From Vezdaea acicularis (lineage: Eukaryota): a DNA stretch of 20,000 nt. Where the stretch lies: positions 49,275-69,274 of the forward strand of contig JAPEUI010000087.1 in NCBI GenBank assembly GCA_026025075.1, read 5' to 3'. The notes under the pieces are model-generated. The model saw only the letters and a list, made by a program, of their open reading frames with translations. It searched no databases and was not told where the DNA came from. The translations under genes and the position numbers were made by a program. Shown one piece after another: positions 1 through 13,100 of this stretch; the stretch's first letter is position 1, and the number at the start of each line of letters is the position of its first letter.

Positions 1-142
1 TACTAGTGAGTAACGAACGCTGGGTAGCTTGATTACGAATGCTGACATGACTAGCCTACAATATCAAAACCGTAAGGCGGAATATTTCAAAGCAATCTGG
101 GAGGTCGTTAACTGGAAGGCGGCGGAGAAACGGTTTGCGTAA
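1..142 (+). CDS. SOD2: Mn/Fe superoxide dismutase, 3' end only (partial); exons <1..5 and 55..142
   Basis: Removing intron 6-54 (GTGAGT donor, GCTGAC branch, TAG acceptor) gives [30 protein letters not shown], the typical C-terminus after the DxWEHAYY metal-binding motif of Mn/Fe-SODs. Stop TAA at 140-142. Not in the ORF track. Confidence 0.93.
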
Positions 143-314
143 TCAGATTTGTGGTAACTATTGTCTGTATATTACCAATGTGGCAGTCACTAAAACAACC
201 TGCTCGGCGAGTCCATAATATCTTCGGGCTTCAGCTAAATGAAGTCTTTCCATCGGTATCCAAAACCTACCAATTATCGCGAAATCACCTTGCAATAGGA
301 TGAACGGTTTCTCG

Positions 315-1407
315 CTACGGCCACCCATCTTGACCTCTGCCCACCTCCGGCCAACCACGTGGAATAGTGGCATAAGGCGCAAGAGTATATCTCCCTTCGC
401 AGCCGGCCTCATCGCATAAAAGGTCACATAACCCAAAGGTCTTGCAGTAGCATACTTGTGCATTAGGACAATGAACTGGAGGTTTACCAAAGATCACTTG
501 TCGTATCGTCAGCCTTAAGAGCGGGATGGAGAACAGGTTATTGACATACTATGCCAGCCGTATTCTAGGATACGACCACTAATGGCGTCACTTAATGTTG
601 TGTCTAGAATCCATTGTCGATATCTTTCGTAGTCTGCTTGGGGTCTTTCACGAATCTTCTCCCTTGTGACAGCAAATTGGGCACAACAGCTCACGCCTAT
701 TACATCAGGAACAGTGGCATTTGGGAAGAGTTCCAAAAATGCCTTTTCGTACTCGTTTTCAGTCTGTACTCTGCTATCCCCTTCCCTCTTCTTTTCGCCG
801 CTTTTGACTGGTTTGATCTCTTCGGGACATCCGAGAACCCAAGCACACCGTAGATTCGCATACCCTTCCGCACGAACATGGGGAAGCTGCAAATTTTGCA
901 GTACGGGAAGCCCATCGTAGATCGGGTCGTCATTATGCCATTGGTAGCGAAGACTATGCATGAAAACCATATAATCAGGAAGATCGTCATAATTATCCAA
1001 AATGTAGCTATTAAATGTAAGTTTTCAGCGGTCGACGACTCTCCTTAAGGGTCTGAAAGTGCGTACCTCAAGTAAACCATAGATTCCCGTCCCTTGTTTT
1101 TCGGCACCGTTAAACTGGCGTTGGGATCGTCAACAACGTAGACGTTGGCTTTCCAATCTGGAAGATATTCAGCCAGCCATGATGTTGCATCAGAGCTTAA
1201 GCTTGCAACAACTAGTTCCTTATATCGCATTTTCTCTTGTGGCCGTGAAACCGATTTCGCAGGGGTCCCGAACCCTTTGTCGAAGTTCTCAAGAGCATGG
1301 TTTTGTTGGTCGCCAGAGTCCAGCTGGCGCACAGCGTACAGCACCCATAAGGCGCAAAGCACGAAAAGAACAGTCCTCGGTCGGACGTGGCGTCGAAGAT
1401 CAGTCAT
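315..1407 (-). CDS. DUF3431-family protein, predicted type II membrane protein with Cys-rich C-terminus; exons 1407-1067, 1007-550, 496-315
   Basis: ATG at 1407 (MTDLRRHVRPR, then hydrophobic anchor TVLFVLCALWVLYAV). Introns 1066-1008 (GTACGC..TAG) and 549-497 (GTATGT..GCTGAC..AAG) join three ORF-track fragments in frame. Family motifs present: KGRESMVYLSYILDNYDDLP, VFMH, GYANLRC, CCAQFAV, GRILEYGWHMIFG. Confidence 0.88.
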
Positions 1408-2067
1408 GCAGTCTGTTGACAGCAACTTCAGGTCGAGCTTTCTGACTCCAGCATCACGACGACAAGCTTTTGTGAGGCTACTGCAGCATTAACGAATTGG
1501 AGATTAGCCACAACGTGCATGCATCGACCTACGCCACGGCCGTTTCATTTTCTAGCCTATTTATTCCACGTAAACGTGACTTGCGCCTGGAGCGCAATCA
1601 ATTTTGGCCACGAATCGTGCTCAGGCTTTCGTTGCTGTGTTGATTGCCTCTCATTTCTCAACAACTTTAGACCTTCCTAGTTGCTGGAGTATGAAGACTT
1701 CATTGAGCTGGGGATTAGCATCGTGAGGGGTGTACTCGGCGGCTAATTTCCTCTTGCAGGGTCGAAACGCAGCTGCCGTAGTCCCTGGGGTTAGGAACAG
1801 GGGGCCTTATGTAGCCGTCCTTCGCGCTTAAATGTTGGTCCTCTGCGCCAGACCCCTTCATGAGAGTGGCGGCCATCGCGTTTCAGGATGCTTCACTTCG
1901 CGCCGTGCTGTTTAATGGGAGACCTCCCGCTGGATAATGCATAACAATCCTCCAGCGACAGCTTATGGCTATGTCGGCATGATATCTTCCACGGCAGCTT
2001 TTACTTCCTTATTGTTCTCATCTCCCCTAACTTGTGTATTGTCGCTGGATTGTGCCCAAAAGTTTGA
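1408..2067. promoter_or_regulatory. Divergent intergenic/promoter region between the DUF3431 gene and the pepsin-fold gene
   Basis: Head-to-head start codons 660 bp apart, with a pyrimidine-rich stretch at ~1998-2032 before the + strand ATG. Transcription starts are not determined. Confidence 0.5.
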
Positions 2068-3707
2068 ATGGACCGGCTCAGCAATATACTGATTGTCTCA
2101 GCAATCATCTTTACTAAAAGTTCACAATCGGCGTGTACTCAACCTATCAGTATTCCTATTCATAATGTGACACTTTCGAATCAACAACCAGTGCGGGGGC
2201 TACAACTTGCTCTTGGCACACCCCCCCAAGACTTTTCAATGCTTGTGACGGGGTATGCTGCTTTTCCTCCGCTGTTGCAAGGGCTGCTTTTGGACTGACA
2301 CTGCTCAGTGATTTCAACAACACGTTACTCTATGATGGCGATGGATCCTGTGACAATGCTACTACGGCATATTGTGAGTCGGACCGTGGTGGAATTTTCG
2401 ACCCGTCAAAATCCTCAACGTGGGCACTTGTGGGCTCTCAAGGTCCTGGTGAAGCCATCGAGCGAAATGCCTCGAGTAACTTAAATGGCACCGACACTCT
2501 TCACTTGAACTCAACGACGGCTTTCTCGAAATTTCCGTTGGGGATCTACAGAAACTATGGCCCGATCTGGCAAAGAAATTATCTGGGAATGGGAAGGAAT
2601 TCGACGTTTCTCAAATTTTTGCAGTCCCAACGCCTTGTTGAGTCCCAGATTTGGTCACTCTTTTGGGGTTGGTCAGGTTTGACCCCTAGTACGCAAGTCG
2701 ATGGAAGCTTGATACTTGGCGGTTATGACAAGAGCAAACTTAGCGGCGGCAACTACACTAAGCCTTTCCAGTATAGTAGCCTTTGCCCGACTTCATGGAT
2801 GATCACCTTTTCAGATATCCAGACCAAGTCCGCTGATGGCACCATAACTAGCATAATGGGAAGCAGCAGGTCAAGATTGACCGCCTGTATCAAACCAGAC
2901 GTCACCCTGATCACGTTACCTGGCGATATTTTTCAGAGCTTCCTCACCAATGCAGGTGGGACAAACCTAGGTGATGCACGTGGCATGATACAATGGGGCC
3001 AATTATATGATGCTAATGATGTGTAAGTTATTTACTTCGAGTGAGTCAAGTCATTATGCTAAAACCTTCTCAAAAGATATGACGGAGATCTTGTGTTTAC
3101 ACTGGATAATGGAGTTACCATCACCGTCCCAAATCATCAGCTTGTTGGACCGGAGTATTTCATAGCTGATAACGGGGGAATCGCTATTAATTCCACGGCC
3201 AGAGAGATCTATGTGTACAATATTGATGATACTCCAGGAAAGGCAATGCCTCTGCTAGGCCTTCCTTTCCTTGCTGCATCATATCTGATGGTCGACAATG
3301 ACGTTGGACAGTTCACTCTCTGGCAAAGCAATGCGACAAACGTTCACGAGGATGTGGTCTCTCTAGGCTCTCAATGTCAAAACAACATGCCCACTCAGCC
3401 CTTAGTCTCGGGCACGGGGATTACGGACGCCCACGAAAAACATAGACAACATACCGCGATAGTTGTAGCGACGATTATCGGATGCATTGCGCTCATCTGC
3501 AGTGTCCTTGGGATTTATTTGTGCCTGAGGAGGACACGAAGGAGAAAAGAAGCTACTCTAGACCCAGTCTCCCAGTACAAGGAGGGTATGGCTGAGATGT
3601 CAGGTATCTCAGCTCATGGAGAACTTCAGGGTTCCCTTATACCTGCTCAAGAACTTCCTATTCCTATACAAATCCAAGAACTTCCCGACCATAACTCGTT
3701 TAAATAG
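2068..3707 (+). CDS. Pepsin-like (peptidase A1 fold) type I membrane protein, probably catalytically inactive, ~509 aa; exons 2068-2252, 2309-3022, 3077-3707
   Basis: N-terminal signal-like segment and A1 landmarks GTPPQDF, FDPSKSSTW, LGMG, GSLILGGYDKSK, LLGLPFLAASYLMVD. TM helix at 3453-3527 followed by RRTRRRK. Introns 2253-2308 (GTATGC..ACTGAC..CAG) and 3023-3076 (GTAAGT..GCTAAA..AAG) keep frame. Confidence 0.85.
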
Positions 3708-4188
3708 TTTCATTAAAGAGGTTGATATACTTGGGAGTTGCATGATTCATAGTCAGGCGCTGCGATAAGTGTCACATAATGTAGGTTCACCTCGTAGTGA
3801 AGCACATGTCGGTGGTCTCTATAGGTCTGATGACTAGGCAGTCCTTAGGGGAGAATGTTTAAGTTCGAAAGCGAGTAGATTGAAGTCTAATTTTCACTCT
3901 ACGGAGCTGCAATTCTTACAGGAAGCAGATGACGAGAAGGAGAAGGGCGGAAGGTAAATGGCTTGCTGAATTTAAGTACCATGCTTGGCTTTGTACATAA
4001 AACTATCCGAGAACCCTAGCTTTTTGAAAAGTGATACGATTCAGCTGTTGAGAAAGATGCCACGCTTTGGCACAATCACGCATCTAAAAGGAAGAGCATA
4101 TCATACATCGTGAGATTGTATAACAGACCATACTTAATGCTGCAACGGAACGAGCAAAGGTGAAGATAGCTCTAACAAACATAACTCG

Positions 4189-7100
4189 CTATTCGGTAGC
4201 CTTATATTTCGCATTGAAGGCACTGACGGCCACCCCTATCTTTTTATAAAGAAATTGTCGAGAACCCTCCTCCTGTACCGGGATAAACGGCCCATTTGTA
4301 CCACCTCTAAGGGTAAGGCTAAGCCCTGTCCGTTCCTTCGAGATGGTTTGTATATCCTTTAGAGGGACATCCCATTCACTTACCAATTTTTTCGATTTGA
4401 TAAGCATGATGCGATTGTATGTGAGCATGACAACCACATCTTCTCGCGGTAGCTCTAAGTGGGCGAGGTATTCCTCGTTGAAATATTTCCCGTTATCAAG
4501 CTGCTTTAGCCAGAATTGGCCAAGAGCTTCACGTTGAGAATATGGCCGGACCACACCGTCACTGTCTATAAATCGAGTAAGTCGAACCCGATCGAGACCC
4601 TCAGCGTCAAATACAGTGGTTGTATTTCGAATTCCCTCGGTGACATCTGATGTGTATTAGTCTCAAGTCGACCATAGAATCGAAGTGTACTCACTCGAAG
4701 CAAGATCAAGCACCCCAATGGCTGGCTTCGTGGCGAGTCCTACAACACCCTTGCCGATACCCTTCATAAATCCAGTAATACCTTCGCGCTCAGCACCTTC
4801 AAGTGGCTTCCGTGCAAGACCACCTACTCCGCTCGCAAAACTGGACACCAGCGAATTCGCGCCAGCGGTCACCCCATAGAGAGCGTGCTTCGGCCGATTT
4901 CGCGATCTCGTCATCCTTCGTCGATCCTGGAATTGCTTATCCATTGTTGCAGCAGCTAAACCCTTCGAAAGACTACCAGTCACTTTTGACATGCTGTCAG
5001 TCACACCGAAGACGGACTTCTTGACAAAACTTGTAGCTCCCTTCGCAATTCCGATACCTAGCTCTTGTGGCCGATCGCTCATAACAAGACCCTGATATGG
5101 CTCATAGAAGATATCTGCAACCCCTGAGCTGATATTTGTGAAGAGACCGACGGGGTTACCGAGAAAGTCAGCGGAGCCAAGGATCTTATGAACTTGATAA
5201 AGGAACTCTTGTGAGTAGTGGTTTTGGATATTTTGTGACAAGATGGGTATTGAAACGCGCGCATTCTCTAGCATGAGGGAGTTAAGACGGACTGGAGCAT
5301 CGTTTATATTGCCAATGGCCATGGTTAGGACATTCAGGAAGAACATCAGCGGGTTTCGAGATGTAGTCTTATCCTCAATGTTGACTCGTTCTGTCCTCAT
5401 GAATGACAGATCGAGTTGCATCGGTTGAATGTTGAGCAGCTCGAAATAGACATCTTGACCTGATTGACTTTGCTTTGGCTCGGGGATGTCTAGACTGTCA
5501 TCGCAAAGCTTGCTATCATCCTCTTCTGTCCATGACGCCCCAGGAACTCTGGAGAAATCCAACAATGCGAAAACGAAATCTTCGTCGATCTCCATCGTCA
5601 TCTGTTGGAGAAGGAGTGTTGCATACTTAATATAGAGCACACCATAAGAATCATCTTTGACCCGAGTGACCATTGCATGGAAGGAAGGATGCACTTCTGT
5701 TTCTTTGCTGCTCTTTGGTACTACACTTGGATACAAAATAAGTGGGAAGATGCCTCCGTAGAGTTGGTTGTCAATTTGTATCCATTTCACCGTGAGATTA
5801 AGAGTCTGGTATAAAGAAGACTCATTATACCTGAACTCAACGTCGCGTAAGGTGATGTATGCAAGTTCCTTGAGTTTGGAGTTGATGAGGGAAAGGCCGA
5901 GACCGGCTAAACGGAGCTGCGCTTTGAAGGTGACGTCTGTATCTATGTCCTTCACCTCGAAACCTGTCGCTAAACTAGTTTGAGATGCTGTGTTTGACTT
6001 TTGCTTATATAGACTCAAAGATTGCTTGTAGTTGGAGAGTACAAGGGTTTGAGTAGGCCCATCCGCGACAACGTTGAGTTCAATAATCTTCTGTTGGCTT
6101 GAGCCAGACGCACCAGGGATCTTGAAAGGTAGAAGGTTGCCGATTTCCGCAAGCTTGACGTGTCTTTCTTTACCGTTTCCATTTATGATGAGTTCTTTTA
6201 GCTTTGCGGCCGGGTAGTCCCATGCATAGGGCATGATGCTCCGTGCGGGTAGCCGATATCGGATCGGTCTCCATTCAGACGCTGTATCAGCTTCATCTTC
6301 ATCGATATTGGGATTTGCTTGATAAAACATGAACTCTGTGTCGCTCTCGTTTCGCATCGAGAAAGGCCAGTTCTTTGTCTCGATGGTGAGATGGATGAAG
6401 ATTGTCGCTTGTTCGATCAGTATCTCCGCCCGGATAAGTTTCTGTCTCTGTCCGGCCTTTGCTATTTTTACATGAACGCTGCCTAAGTCTGATATGTTAA
6501 AGGGAGATGTCCATTGGTTATTGAGGCCAGGAAAGCACAAGCACAGTTGTTTCATAACACCAGGACGAAGGAAATGAAGCGGGAAGAGCTCCCCTTGTTT
6601 TAGGGTCATTACGTTGGAGGAGCCAGGTTCTCGAACATTCATGTCCTCAGCGATCTTATTCTTGATGATATACCTTGGCGCCAAGGTGACCACTTTGGTC
6701 AATTTATACTAGAATATGTTAGTTATCTACACTGGAAGCACACTATTCAGCGTACCTTGCCCTCGCCTTCCTCGATTGATATGCCGACGTGGATCTCCTT
6801 CTGTTTGGTCGACGAAGGAAGCACCACCTCAATAGCGCTTCCAATCGCATCAAAGCTCTGTGGCCTACTCCAACTTGAATCGCCTATCTTAAGTATTGCG
6901 CGGTTTTGTCGATCATCGCCAGGATATGAAAACATATACGGTAGAGCTTTACGGACATCGCTCTCTCCGGGTCCAGCCTTCATGCTTTGTCCAGCTGCAG
7001 TCCGAGCTTGCTGTAATAGTGACTTACTCTTGACCTTGATGTCTAATCCTGTTTTGTTGAGAATTACGTAGGGTGTATATACTGCAACACGAAAAGCTCC

Positions 7101-10100
7101 GCCACTGTCAGGAATGTTACTACAAAGAAGTTAGCTTCGCTTTGAAAGAGGATATTGGCTGACTGACAAATAGTGCAGCTTCAAGTTTAAAGGTAATCCT
7201 TCATTATCCTTGACAACTATGGTATCTTCACGTTCGAAATCGTCCTGATTATTGGAATTGATGATAGCGAATTCACTCTTGTTGAACACAGTGTCTTGCA
7301 TGTCGATGCTTATTAATAATAAGTGCGAGAGCTCCACCACATGTACTGGACTTAAGCCTCCTTTTCGTAGGAAATTCGTCCAATCCTTCTTCGTATTCTT
7401 ATCATATATGCGATATTTGAAATCATAAGGGAGCAGATTAATAAGTTCAAGCGGTGCTGACAACCGTATGCGCATATAAGGGTAGACACTACTTTTCATA
7501 AGCATCCTCCTGAACGGGAGAAATAGATTTGATCATACCTTGTCAACGGGTTTTTCTTGTCGAAATTTGCGTTCATCTGAAAATAGAAAGGAGGTGTTTT
7601 ATCACCACTATCACTCTTACAGGTCATTGTTTTCGTGGGCCTCTTTAACAAGTCCTCCCAAAATATTCGCTCGGAAGACCAAGTATACCCAAATCCTTGG
7701 TCTGGGCGAACAAGAATCGAATGTTCGAACGCAGAGCCAACGGGAGCTGGGCGTGACTGCCCCGGCTGGATCTTCTCGATTTTCAAGAGATCCCCTACGT
7801 CATGGTTGAAGATGCCAATCTCGACCGGAATCTGAGTATTATTCTCAATTAATAGCGGTGACCGGAATGTAATATATTTGACGTTATCTTCCGCAAGCTC
7901 TACTTCGACAAGCAATCGGTGTAAAGTCTTATCTTTACGGGGACGGAGGCTGTAGATACTCTCACCTTCTTTATTGACGGGAATCCTCGTGACATCATTG
8001 AAGCCGCTACCCTCGAGCTTAAGACCAATCACTCCACTACCTCCTTCAGGAGCCAGATTTTCTCGCATCTTCTCCCAGTCTTCGAAGCGCCATGGGGCTT
8101 CTTCGCCATCAGAAAGCTTGGCAGATGTGGGCTTTTCGTCACTTGAGTTGTCATCCCAAACATTGATATCAAAGCCGGTATAGTTTCTGATCCTAAAAGG
8201 TGTATCAATGCCACGAGGTTTGGAGAGCACATCGTCTTCATCCTGCGAGAGAAACTGGGCAGACTTGCTTGCTAGAGCAAGTGTTGCCGAAGTGATTGTG
8301 AGTTCTAACATCTTCTGAGAATAAAACTCAATAGATAGGCAGTCTGGGCTTTGCACTTTAGAAAGCTGGAGTCCGAATTGCCATGGCTCGATCAGGGGCT
8401 CCCAAGCAGATTTGGAAAAGTTATAGATGTTGATGAACATGTCAAGGTTCGTCTTCCCATTCATTTGGCCAGACCAGTCCCGAACGTCGATGTTGAATTT
8501 TTTGACACTGAAATCGAGTAACGGTAGTTCGTGCAGATCACCGATAAGTACTACTCTGAAGCCCTCCAGCTGAACACTCATCTCTTCACTTCTGTTTAAA
8601 GGGGACTCAGTTCGCATGGGATTGGTTTTCATGTCGGAAACCCTTCTCGTACGAGCGCTTTTGAGTGATTTCCTCTGCGCTGTAGATAGACCCTGCCCGC
8701 TATTTGATCTCCGTCTCAGGTCAGAGGAAGCGCTCTTGATTTCTTTAACCCTCTTTGGTTCTCTGTCACTAGTCTTTTCATCACTCCCAGAGAGCTCAGA
8801 GGCTTTGTTTACAATCTGAACGGCCAGTAGTATATCTCGGAGAGAGAGCCGTAGAATCAGTGGGTCGATATCTATGTGTATATTTGTAGCCGAAGATTGG
8901 CGAACTTCTGACCCACTTTCCATAGATAGCTGAACACCGAAATCGTCCAGAATCCGCAGCCTGCTGGTCTCAAACTGGTCCATTCGGCAAAGAAACATTC
9001 CTACACGGGAGACTTGCAAAGTCAAAGCATGCTGCTGGGATATCGATACTTGACTTGTGCCAAGCACTATCGCCTCGGAGCTAGCACTTTGAGGGTTTGC
9101 AATGAGGATGATCTGAGCGTCGTCGATGTTGACACGGAATGCGACATTGGTGGTAGTTTCCTCGACGGAAGAAGATTCATGGTCCGACTGAATGATCTGA
9201 CTTTTATTGCTGGCCTGAACTTTGCGTCCTGGCCGAGGGCTTTCTATACTATCAGAATCTTCAAGATCTGTGCTGCTCTCGTTGGATATTTCTTTCACGC
9301 TTATTGATTCTTCTGACGAGAATGCCGTGGTAGCGAATTTTTGTACCGCGAACAAATAATCTAGAGCGAATATGACCCGCGGACTGTCTATTGTTAGTAT
9401 AGCAATGATATTCCTTTCAGTACCTCCAGAAATTGTAACGCTGGCTTCAAATTGATGAACTTTCTGATTGGCCGAAGACATGATCTCCGGAAATTTGTTT
9501 TTCTCACGTGTTCGACTATCCCTTATAGTGAAAGAGTCTATAACTAACTCAGACTCGATGGAGCTATCAGCGGCCATCCTGAGCTTAACCTTGGTCTCGT
9601 TCAAGGAAAATTTGGAGAGACTCGCGACATGAGGATCTCCAACGGGCTCAGCTTCCTTTGCCAGGATTAGCTCAAGACCGATGGTGTCCACAGAGAATAC
9701 GAAGCCGAGCTTCGTTCGATCGCCGGGCTTGTTCTTCAGCTCAGGGGCCAGATCAGTTGCAACTAGCTCTCCTTCTTCTGAGCTCTGCTTCTTTAAACCC
9801 TGGGCTGACGCAACTGTAGTGCGCGACAAATCCGCCTGCGCTTTTTCATTGCTTTCATCCGAGGCTATGGCGAAGGCAGCCGGCACGGTTTGAGAGAGCT
9901 CTAGCAGAAACTTCACCTGGGTTTGGGTAATTTTGAGATTGAAGTCTGTCATAGAGCCTTCTATCTCCAGATCTGGGGCCTTAGCTGTTTCATCCTGCTC
10001 CATGTACGTAATCTTGAAGCCAATGTCTACTTTATCGATCATTTCAAGCTCCTCGGACATTCCATCATCATAATGGAAATCCGAAGTCAGGTGGACGTTC

Positions 10101-13100
10101 CGAATGCCTGCCTCCAACTTATTGGCTAAGGGCGACCCTCGACCCTCGTCAACGCTAACAAACTTGTTGCTTGCATATATTTCTCCAAGATAGGCTGTAA
10201 TGAGGTCGCTTTTGGCATTCAGTCCGCTCGAAATCTTTGGAAATATGAGGATTGGGGTTTTGATGAGAATATCAAAATGCATCATGTTTGCATTTTCCTG
10301 TATCTGGCTGGCTTGATTCGCGGCGGCTTGTCTAGCAGCGTTAAATATAGCTTGCATCTTCCCGAATTTCACCAAGAAATCGATAATCTTTCGGAAGGGC
10401 TCTTCAACAAAGTTGACTTTGATAGAGCCAGACTTGAGGAAGATAGACGAACTGTAGCCTGGATAATTCTCGCCCTGGTCTGGGTCGAAAGTCTCATACC
10501 GAAAATCTGCAAGCTCGTCCCCTTCAATAGTGACGAGCTGGCGCAATGGCGAGGTCTCGGACGCTCCAGTATTGATATCATCCAGCAGAGAGAGGTCCCC
10601 TAACCGCGCTGCAACCTGCATGGTTTTGCCCATAATATATATGCTAATATTAGCAGTGTTCAGGCTCAAGGTCGCTAGACGAAGCCCATCATTATTCAAG
10701 ATGAATACGACACTTTTGAGGTCGACTTTAACCCTTATTTTGCCATCATTAGCTGGATCCGCAGGCTTGTCATCCGATGTTTCAAGCAGTCTAGAAGAGT
10801 TGTCGACTTCAAGGGAATTTGACGAATCTAAGGATGGATTAGGGTTCGAAAATGTTATCAGAAAGAAGTCTAGGATCGTAAGAAGTGACTTCCTAGTGAT
10901 TACTAAATTGATTGTCGAAACCGACATATCAATATTTGTATCGACTCCCTCATAGACGCTGGTGTATTCAGGTGACATTTTGTTAACTTTCATGAACTTT
11001 ACATGAAATAGATCGCGACCATTATTGCTTTCAAACCCTTCAGAAGATACTAGCTTTTTGAACTCAGGTGTCGCACCTCCATCGATGAAATCCTCAATGC
11101 TGAGCGATTTGAGGAGCACTTCGGCAGCCATGTCAAAGGGGCGGAGACACAGGTCAAATTGGAAATGTTCGGCGGTTAACTCCACAAGTAGATGGTCTGG
11201 TTCTTTAGCTTCCGGGTCCGCACGGTATAGCGAACCTTGTAACTTGTCAACAGTAAACTTAAGTTCGAAATCTCTTTGGTTGAGTTTCATCTTCTCCTCA
11301 GCCGTACTATCAGGAGCTTCGACGAACTTCTCATCTTGCTCATCGTCTGTATCTGCTTCCATCACTAGATCATGAGGCAATTCATCAAACTGGAATGACT
11401 TGGAGCGAGGTCTCTTGACATTATCGATATCCCCATCTCGGCCTTTTTTCTGCAATTCACCCTCTTCAATTTGTTTCGGCTTGCGTGGCTCATCATCACC
11501 CTCAAACTTCGGCACCGCTACGTCAATAACTTTCATAAGATTCTTATATTTCAAGTCTGACACTGACGCATGCAGTACGGGTAGATGCCCAGAGACCCTA
11601 AATTTCGTCAAGTTTGGTGCCTTCGGAAGAATAGATATTTCAACAATGAAGTCTATATTGACGCGGTCTATGATATGCAACTTTCTCGTATCAGCCTCAT
11701 TATTTAGCTGAGACTTGGTATCTTTAATCGATGGACCGATGAGAACCTGAGTAGCCTCAAGCTTCAACAAAAACTTGTCGTACATAAGACCTTCGAGTTT
11801 CTTATAATCCGCATCGCTGTACTGCGTCTTTTGCTTTGCTCGTATATCTTTGATGGTGGATTTCTCAACCAACTCGCTATTCATCCCTACATGACCAGCG
11901 TCAAGTATCAGACAGGTAGAGTCCTTGACGAGCACACTCTGTGGGATTATGATGAGAGGAGCCTGTAAATCAAGCTTAACGTCGACTGTCTTGTGTTCTT
12001 CAAGTGCAAACTCGAGACCAGCTCTTGTTTGTTGCCTAAATCCCTCAACTTTAGCACCCGCAGTCTCCATCAAAGCTCCAATCGATTCCATGTGGCGCTC
12101 TGGAGGCTTGAAGAAGTTCACAATACCAACGACAAATTGCGGATTGTAGATAACCTCCATGCTCTTCATCTTCATCACAACCACAGAGTCAGCATGGTCA
12201 TCTAGTGGGCCTTGTTCAAACTGGAGCTGAAAAAACGACTCAGTATGGGCGTCAGAACGAGAACTCTCGCCTTCCCCATCCACGTCGTCTTCTAACTCCG
12301 TTATGCGTTCCTCTATAGGTTTTGCTGTCACCCCCTTTACCTGTACGATCTGAGGAAAGAGGGTCCCTTTAGTCGAACCGTCATACACCCGAAGACCACC
12401 AAGCCTAAGATCAGCAAAGAATGAGTCAGGGCGTTGGAGAATGTTTGCATTGAACTTGTCGAACAGTAAGCTAAGAAGTTCGGTACCCTCCCCATGAGGA
12501 TCACGCTTTAGAGTAAAGCTTCCAGTCTGTAGGCTGGCTTCGAGTTGAAGTTTGATCGTCTCTCGAGGAAGATCGACACTTTCAGTAATGGCCGCTTTTT
12601 CATCCCATTCAATTGCGTCGTAGAGTTCCTTCTTTTGCTGCTCAGTAATGGATGTATTCTCCTCTTCTTTCTCTTGCTGCTGTCCAGTTCCCCACATCCA
12701 TGCGACCCACCCTTGACTCTTTTTGGCTTCTTGACTTTTATCAAGGCTTGCGTTCTCTTTTCGAAGCTGATTTCGAGCCAGTGAACGCCAAAACCGCAAA
12801 TCCTGATATGAAAGTTTCCATTCAAGTTTCTCGAACTCTTCCTTTTCGGTACCAGTAAGGGTTGTGTCCTGCTTAAACTTTTTGAACAGTTCTATGTACC
12901 TCTGTCTATCGTCTCTTCGTTCTTTGAAGAAGTCCCAAGACCAACGCCGGTTGCGATCGTGGATTTGGCTTAATACCGCGTCTCCCGCAAACTTCAACCA
13001 TGCGCGGGGGGCCTCTTTTGGGGTGACTCCGATAGGCTGGTATTTCTTGTACTCTTGGTGTCGTAGGAAGTAATGGAATAGATCAACCATCATAAGAGCA

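Noticed and set aside
285..317. Possible stop-codon readthrough of DUF3431 (TAG CGA...)
   Set aside because: The extension RETVHPIAR has no PTS1 and the context is not the TGA-CTA readthrough motif. The SOD and GUT1 stops likewise show no obvious cryptic PTS1.
158..490. 110-aa minus-strand ORF overlapping the DUF3431 last exon
   Set aside because: Wrong frame relative to the spliced gene; the 315-496 frame carries the conserved Cys-rich terminus.
3855..3880. GTTCGAA as a tRNA T-loop/B-box
   Set aside because: No cloverleaf, acceptor stem or A-box, and the B-box match is incomplete.
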